Translations under genes and position numbers: made by a program
The notes under the pieces: model-generated
Told to the model about the DNA's origin: nothing
What the model saw: the letters and a program-made list of their open reading frames with translations, nothing else
The model's database searches: none
Assembly: GCA_002269645.1 (NCBI GenBank)
Contig: NIVC01003403.1
Location: 1 to 61,009, forward strand
Source of the DNA: Macrostomum lignano
Taxonomy: Eukaryota
Length of the DNA stretch: 61,009 bases
Direction of reading: 5' to 3'
Part shown: positions 54,270 through 61,009 of the stretch, piece by piece
How positions within the stretch are numbered: the stretch's first letter is position 1
Layout: the number at the start of each line of letters is the position of its first letter

Positions 54270-57200
54270 ATGACAGCCATCGAAAGCAATTATAGTATTT
54301 CCACTGGGAACAAATATGGCTTCTTAATTGATCATGACGAAGACCCTGAAGTACTACTCAGCAAAATCGAAAAACAGGCACAGAAGGTAGAAAAGACAAA
54401 GCAAAAGACAAAAAAGGACAAAAATGAGAAGAATGCAACCAATTCTAAGACAGAAAAAAAAGTAGAACAGAAGCCAGAGTCAGCTCCAGCTGATGGGAAT
54501 CGGCAGCAAAGAAGGCATAAGAAAGATCAACATGAAGGTATGTTTATTAGTCAGCTAAGTTAAATATTTAATGTTTTATACATTAATAAACTTAGCCAAT
54601 TTGGAGACATTGAGACTTTATTTTAAACTAGTATAGCAATAGACCAATGTACTATGAGTATTTTTAGCAATTATCAAAAATATATTGTTGGACCTTTTTA
54701 ATTATAGTAGAAATATTACACCTACTAAGTCTATTTGTCAACCAATATTAAGAAGCCAATAAATGTATTATCAAGTATTTCTATTTGATAGACAATAGTA
54801 GTTGATTTCTAGCAACAAATAAATTATAGATTATTGACAATATCATTATGCATTTAGATTTAGATGACTTTAGGTTTAAGCTTACTTAAACAATTCTATC
54901 TAGTTTTTATGGCATTATTTTGTCTTATAAAACTACATTTTGCATCAATTTTATGAAATAAACCTTTACTATTGATAATAACTTTCTTTTAAAGTTATAG
55001 GCCTAACACAATATATTGAAATATAGGGCTTAGCCTATGATTAAAAAAGGCAAACCAAAATTGCAACAAATCAGTGCAAATAGCCAAATACCATAGTTTG
55101 GATCATGCTAGGTGCATGCCTGAATAAAATTTGAATAATTGAAAATGCATGTCAAAAAATAGTGCATGCCCATTTTGAAAATATACCAATGTTGCGACAA
55201 TAAATGACCTTTTTTAAATTGCATAATATACCCCTATTAGTAGATTATTTGGTTGATTTTTATGCTTTTTGGCGATTCTATTTATGGTGTGAAATTGATA
55301 CATGCAAATGTTTGTTTAAATCTATTATAAATCTGTATATTTGTGTGAGTTTATAGCTTGAAAAAACTAGAAACCTTGAAATTTATGCTTAAAAATAAAC
55401 TTTTTTTTTCATTTTTTCTACTAGGTGTGCACATATACTATTTTCTTAAGAGTGATGCATGCCAATTGTGCATACCTAATTTTGGTATACAAGGCCAATG
55501 CACAACCAAATTTTTGGGCATATGCACTACATAATCCAGAGTGTGATACAAATATAACAAAGCCATATAATAAAATATAGTTATGATAAAACAATGATAA
55601 AACAACATTTACAAATCAACAAAATTTCTTAGACTTAGTAGTATTAATCCTAAAAGTTCTATGTTTAAATTAGAATGTATATTAAAGTTTAGATATTTAG
55701 ATAAAAAAGTATTTCAATTAGTTTTGTGGCTTATTCAACTTCAAGACAATAACAAATTTAATCGTAGCAATAGCCAATAAGCTGATTATAAAAAGTATTA
55801 AAATATTTTTAATTATCAAAAAGTAGGCCTATCAATTTTACAACTTACTTATGATCTCAGTTACTATTATGCAATTTTTTGTCTATGGTTAAACCAAATA
55901 TAAATTTGTTTTTAGCCAAATCAAGTTCAAATGTATATAGTATACATTAGTCTGGAAACTTTTACAATATCCTTTTATATATGTTAGCTAATTATAAAAA
56001 TTATTTTTTGCTAATTTTTTAGTGTTTTGTCATTATAGGAGTTCCTTATTTGTTTTACCAAATATAGTCATAGACATTGCTTAATTGTAAATCACTATAT
56101 TTAAAAATAAATAATATAAAAAGCATTAATTATGTAACATAAAGACAATTAAAAATGTAATTTAAAATAATATTGTTTATATTATCACTTAGTTGTAGCC
56201 TAAAAGTTAGAGTATTGGACTCACAACTTGAAGGTTGGGGTTCAATTCTCAAATCTCAACCCACTTAAAACAATTTGTATCCTTAAGCAAGACACTTAAC
56301 TCTGAATTGCTTCAGTTCACCTAGCATTTATAGGATGGCAATTGGTGCACCTAGCAAGAATGTTTTGTATTATAGACTTTATGTAGCACCATATGTGCGC
56401 AACCTTGGGAATCACCCGGCCGTTTCTATTGGCAACACACACACATGTAAGTCGCTATTGGCTGAGAGCAGTCACGTGACTACTATTCTGTCCAATAGCG
56501 ACATACATGTGTGGGTTGCGCCCAAGCATGTGTAGCACTAATTAGTTGACGAGGCACTTACAGATATAATTGCTCCAACTGTTTACCCAACTGCTTATGC
56601 CGCTGCTCTATCCTATCTACCAGGTGGAAAACCGCGGTCTGCCGAAGGCCAAGCTGAACAGGGCGCGCGCGCCGCAGTCTGCCAGCGGCAGCTTTCACGG
56701 CCGCGGTGGCCGCAGTGGCTTTGGTCGCGGTGGCCGACAGCCGCAGGGCAACCGGCCAGAGGATGCCGCCGCTGGCGCTGCGGATAGCGGCGGCTTATCT
56801 GCTGACGCTGCCGGACCAGCTGATGGTGTGCAGCAGCAGCGGGGCGGCTTCGGCGGCCGGGGCGGCAACCGCGGCGGTGGCTTTGGTGGCGAATATGGCG
56901 GAGGCCGCGGCCGCGGTGTGCGCGTCTTTGGCCGAGGCGGCGGCGGCGAACGGGGACGCCGCGGCGGCTTCGGCCAGCGGCCGGGCGGCGAGGAGGGCGA
57001 GAGTGAGAGCGCAGAGCCGGCAGCCGATGAAACCAGCGCCGGCGGCCGCGGCGGATTTGGCGGAGGAGGCCGCGGTCGCGGATTCGGCGGCGAAGGCGGC
57101 AGCGGTGGCAGGGGCCGCGGATTCGGCGGCGAAGGCGGCAGCGGTGGCAGGGGCCGCGGATTCGGCGGCGAAGGCGGCAGCGGTGGCAGGGGCCGCGGAT

Positions 57201-58883
57201 TCGGCGGCAGCGGTGGCAGGGGCCGCGGATTCGGCGGCGAAGGCGGCAGGGGCCGCGGATTCGGCGGCGAAGGCGGCAGGGGCCGCGGATTCGGCGGTGG
57301 CGGCGGCAGGGGTCGCGGTTTCGACAGCGGCGGCGAAGGCGGCGACGGGAGGGGCCGCGAATTCGGCGGCCGAGGGGGTCGCGGTCGCGGCGGCTTTGGC
57401 AGCGGACCGCCGCCCGGCATGGAGGCTGACGAGGTGCCGCCGCCAACTGAGGCTGGCGTAGAGTCCGCCCCTCTGGCCGATGCCGGGGCCGTCGAGCAAG
57501 TCGACGGTCGGCCTGCCGAGTTTGGCGGACGGCCACGCGGGCGCGGTGGCCGCGGCGGAGGACGCGGCGCGGAGGTTTCGGTGGTCGCAGCGGCGGCGGC
57601 GGCGGTTTCAACCGCGGCCGAGAGTACGACAGGCGGTCGGGCTCGGCCACCACCGGAGTGAAGCCGGTCGAGAAGCGCGAGGGCTTCGGGGCACACAACT
57701 GGGGCAACGTGCGTGACGATATTGAGTGAGTTGTGTAGTAATTTTAGTTCGCTTCTAGTAGGATTTTGCCTCGAAATTCATTGCCTTGAACCTTGCCAAA
57801 ATCAATGCAATATTTACAGTCGATAGCACACGCTCAGGTGCATAGCGGTCAGCTGACTCAAGATGTACACTCTCTGTGCTTTTGTGGGGGGGGGCTGTCC
57901 CTCATCCAGACGTGAAGTCCTCAACAAGCCTTATGGGGGTAGTTTTCGTTAGAGGTCCCAGTTTTACTTAATATGTATTAGCGACTTGTGAAGTTTAGGT
58001 CTTGTGAAGTTTAGGTCTTGTGAAGTTTAGGTCTTGTGAAGTTTAGGTCTTGTGAAGTGAAGGTCTTGTGAAGTTTAGATTTTATTGAAAGTGAATGCTA
58101 AACTTTTAGGCGACGTGGAGTTAAGGTCTTGTGAAAGCGCCCCTCGTAGCCCACAGGCTCACTTTACATTGTCAGTTGTGGGTGTTATTGGCAGATCTAT
58201 TAGAAATACAAATAAAGCACTGCTCGGGTTCATTGTCGCAGGGGCCAGCAGGAGCCTGTGGACGCCGCTGCCGGTCAACCGTCGGCTGCCGCGCCCGCCG
58301 CCGCGGACGACTGGGCGGACGCCGTCGAGCAGGAGCAGCAAGAGGCCAACGCGGAGGCCGGCGCCGCCCGCCAGCCATGATGACCCTGGAGGAGTGGAAG
58401 CGGCAGCAAGCCGAGGACAGGGCCAAATTGTCCGGCGCTGGCGCCGCAGCCGCGGCCGCTAATGTCCGACGCGTCGATGCGTCGGGTTTCGGCGAGATGC
58501 GCCAATACAAGAAAGAGCGACCGCCGACCGACCTCGGCAACGACGGCGTCGAAGGTGGCGCCGGTGGCGCCGCCGCCGCTACAGCTGGCGCCGCTTTTGT
58601 TCGCAAGCCGCAGATTGAGACGAATTTCTACGTGAATCCGGTCGCTGCCGAGGGCGGACGGGGCGGCGGCGGTGGCAGGGGCGGCCCTCGCGGCGGCGGC
58701 GGACGCGGCTACGGACGTCCAGATAGCGGCGGCCGAGGCGGTCCTCGCGGCGGCGGCGGCAGAGGCGGCGGATTTGGCCGCGGCGGCGGCGGCGGCGAAG
58801 GCTACGGCGGTCGTCGAGGCGGTGGTCGCCAGGCCGCTGCGGACTTCCACGTGCAGGACAGCGACTTTCCCCAGCTGGCCTAG
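54270..58883 (+). CDS. SERBP1: SERBP1/HABP4 (PAI-RBP1, Vig-like) RGG RNA-binding protein, 3 exons, about 670 aa after correcting three frameshifts
   Basis: Exons 54270-54537, 56624-57725 and 58242-58883. N-terminal NKYGFLIDHDEDP; domain REYDRRSGSATTGVKPVEKREGFGAHNWGNV (shifted frame after 57570); MTLEEWK; C-terminal DFPQL. Frame breaks at about 56670, 57570 and 58367. Confidence 0.88.
56188..56330 (+). mobile_element. Decayed, truncated copy of the same CORE-like SINE
   Basis: GTTAGAGT..GAAGGTTGGGGTTCAATTCTC..ACCCACT..AAACAA..AGCAAGACACTTAACTCTG.ATTGCTTCAGTTCACC aligns with 51516-51626; in SERBP1 intron 1. Confidence 0.75.
57987..58078. repeat. (CTTGTGAAGTTTAGGT)n 16-bp tandem repeat
   Basis: About 6 units in SERBP1 intron 2. 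Confidence 0.9.
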
Positions 58884-60489
58884 GGCAGCAGCTAATGCCG
58901 GTGACGTGAGACAAACTTATTGACGCCTGCGCGTATTGCCCTATTTTGATTATAACAAAGGCCAGATTAGACACATAGGCAGGGCTGTCAAGTTTTCTTG
59001 CTGGTTTGTTAATTCAATTAGCTTTGTTTTTTTTTAACCCTTTTGTTTGTTTTAATGTAGCGGCTAATCCTTAGCCCGATGCCTCCCTCTCTGCTGTACC
59101 CAGATTTGCTGTCCCAGCTGGTTCCACTGCCTAATTGTATAACTGCACTCGGCACCCCCCCCCCGTATGCAATATAAAACTGTTCATCTTTTATGTTCTA
59201 ATAATTTACTACTGATTAGTAGTCTGTTCGCGTATTGTTTAAATTATTTTTCTAATTAATAACTAAAGCTAAATTTAATTTTTTCTAATTTCAATAAAAG
59301 CATAACCGTTTAGCCTGTTATAAACTACACGCACTACTAGCGAGTAACGTGTTGTCTAATCATACACATCTAATCATATTTTATTGACAGTTTCAAAAGT
59401 TTTGCAGCTGTTTCCTTCTTGTTCTGTTTATTTGCAGTCTTATTTGTGTGCATAACAAACGGGTGGCATATTGAAGTTTTTATTCACTTTTAAAACAATT
59501 AGTTAACAATTCAATTGATTCCGTATGCTCCATTTGTTGTTGTTATCTCTTTTTTAACTAGCTTTTCCCGTATTACAATGAGTTCTTTTTTGTCGCTGCT
59601 ATTCATCAAGCCCCTGTCTGGTGTGTCTAGCTGTTCTCGTCCCCCGTTTATCTATATTTTTTCGTTTTTTGCTTTCACATGCTATTTTGAATCGCATCAA
59701 ATTAGCAAGCGCGTCTCCTGTCCCTACTGACTACTGTTAGTAGGCGTATAAAAAAGCTGGCATTAGAATGACCTATCTTGTGCAGAGCGGTGTTGAGCCT
59801 GCCCCCAGTCGCTTAATTCTCATGCTGATACATTGATTATTTAAATTGCAAATATTGCAAAAGAAACAAAATTGAATAAAAGAGAAGCCCCTGTTGCTGT
59901 TCTGTTGGGCCGCGTCTTGTGGCTGGCTTGTTTCGCCGGAGGAACTGTTGATGAATGGAAAATGACTTAAACGATTTTACAGTCCCCTGCCGGGGTGAGT
60001 CGCTCTTATCTGTTTGACTTGAGTTCATTTCTGTTTCACCCTATAGTGTAGGGAAATATGTCTTCTACATATCCTAGAGAGGACGGAAGCCTCTCTATCG
60101 CCCTCGGTCCTTTGAAACTTTACAATAGCGATCCAGCCTGCTCAAGGTTTCTGTCTCTTCTCAGCTCTCTTCTCTCCCTTCTCTATTCCCCTCCTCCCGT
60201 TGAAAACGATTTCGTAACAAGAATCACTAGGGAGGCATTGCAATCAACTCTCTAGTAGTAACTCTAGCGACTCTTGTGACTTTTCAAAACAACTGTTGGG
60301 TCACAAGCGCGTCATGCAAGTTGCAGAATCGAAAGAGTCTTCCTGGAATCGTTGTGTTGACGATTAACTTTCGCTAGAGATGTGGCTCTATATTCAATAT
60401 TCATCAAGGGGTCGCAAATGCGCTTCAAACACAACTCCGTGACTACAGCGACTCAAAATACGACTCTACGGCCCTCTAGAGCTGCAGAC

Positions 60490-61009
60490 AATTAAACGAT
60501 TCAGCCTTCAAAGTGACTCTTTGATACTTCTTGGCGACTTGTACCTGCGTGCCGGACGACATCGAGGCTGCGATCTTGTGCCGAGGCGCTGATGGACAGG
60601 CGACAGAGCTTCCGCGTTGTACGGCAGTTCGTCTACCTCGGCGGTCTGGTTCCCGCGGCGTCCGCGAGGATTTGCGGCGTCGCTGCGGGCTGCCTGGGCT
60701 GCGGTTGCCTGGGCTTGCCTTTCGTTCTGTGAGGGCAATCCTGCAGTCCAAGGCCTTACCTGACCGCCAGAGGGCGGCGTTGTTCCAGGCGGTGATGAGA
60801 CCGTCTTGCTGTACAACGCCGAGACCTGGACGCTGAGGGAGTCGCTCGAGCTTTGTATCGCCGCGCCGGCCTGGTCCGTCCAAGCGACCTGTTGCGCCGT
60901 CGGCGACTCCAGCTGGCAGGCCACATCATCCGCGCCGAGTCGTACTGCCCAGAGCCGGTGCAGGAGGTGCTGTTGCTAACCCTGCAGGCACCCTACCGGC
61001 GGGCCGGGC
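60490..61009 (+). mobile_element. Degenerate 5'-truncated RTE-like non-LTR retrotransposon fragment, runs off the window end
   Basis: Frameshifted post-RT motifs FVYLGG, LAFRSVRAILQSKALPDRQRAALFQAV and VLLYNAETWTL. Confidence 0.7.

Noticed and set aside
56706-57461. Ala-rich antifreeze/silk-like ORF and Pro-rich antisense ORFs
   Set aside because: Alternative frames of the GC-rich SERBP1 RGG repeat.

Overview
Eukaryotic (metazoan) genomic DNA with GT-AG introns, GC-rich exons and a very high density of mini- and microsatellites. The style resembles a Macrostomum-type flatworm, but that is inference only. I reconstructed eight spliced host genes by hand: AGPS, MRPL4 and an inositol-trisphosphate 3-kinase (a tight same-strand, operon-like trio on the minus strand), a 10-exon cyclic-nucleotide-binding-domain protein, an unrecognised 149-aa secreted 8-Cys protein missed by the ORF track, a calmodulin-like protein, an MFSD8-like transporter and SERBP1/HABP4. 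Mobile DNA includes a full-length intact APE-RT-RNaseH LINE (LOA/R1-like) with a 13-bp TSD, a mariner fossil holding two nested MITEs, several further MITEs, two tRNA-derived CORE-type SINEs and an RTE-like fragment. The most interesting leads are: the operon/trans-splicing-like layout; a heptad-coding minisatellite open in frame with AGPS; a LINE carrying a strong splice acceptor just before ORF1 and inserted into a MITE palindrome; and the orphan secreted protein. Five small frameshifts in AGPS and SERBP1 look like long-read assembly errors but need checking. All coordinates were counted by eye; array boundaries are approximate.
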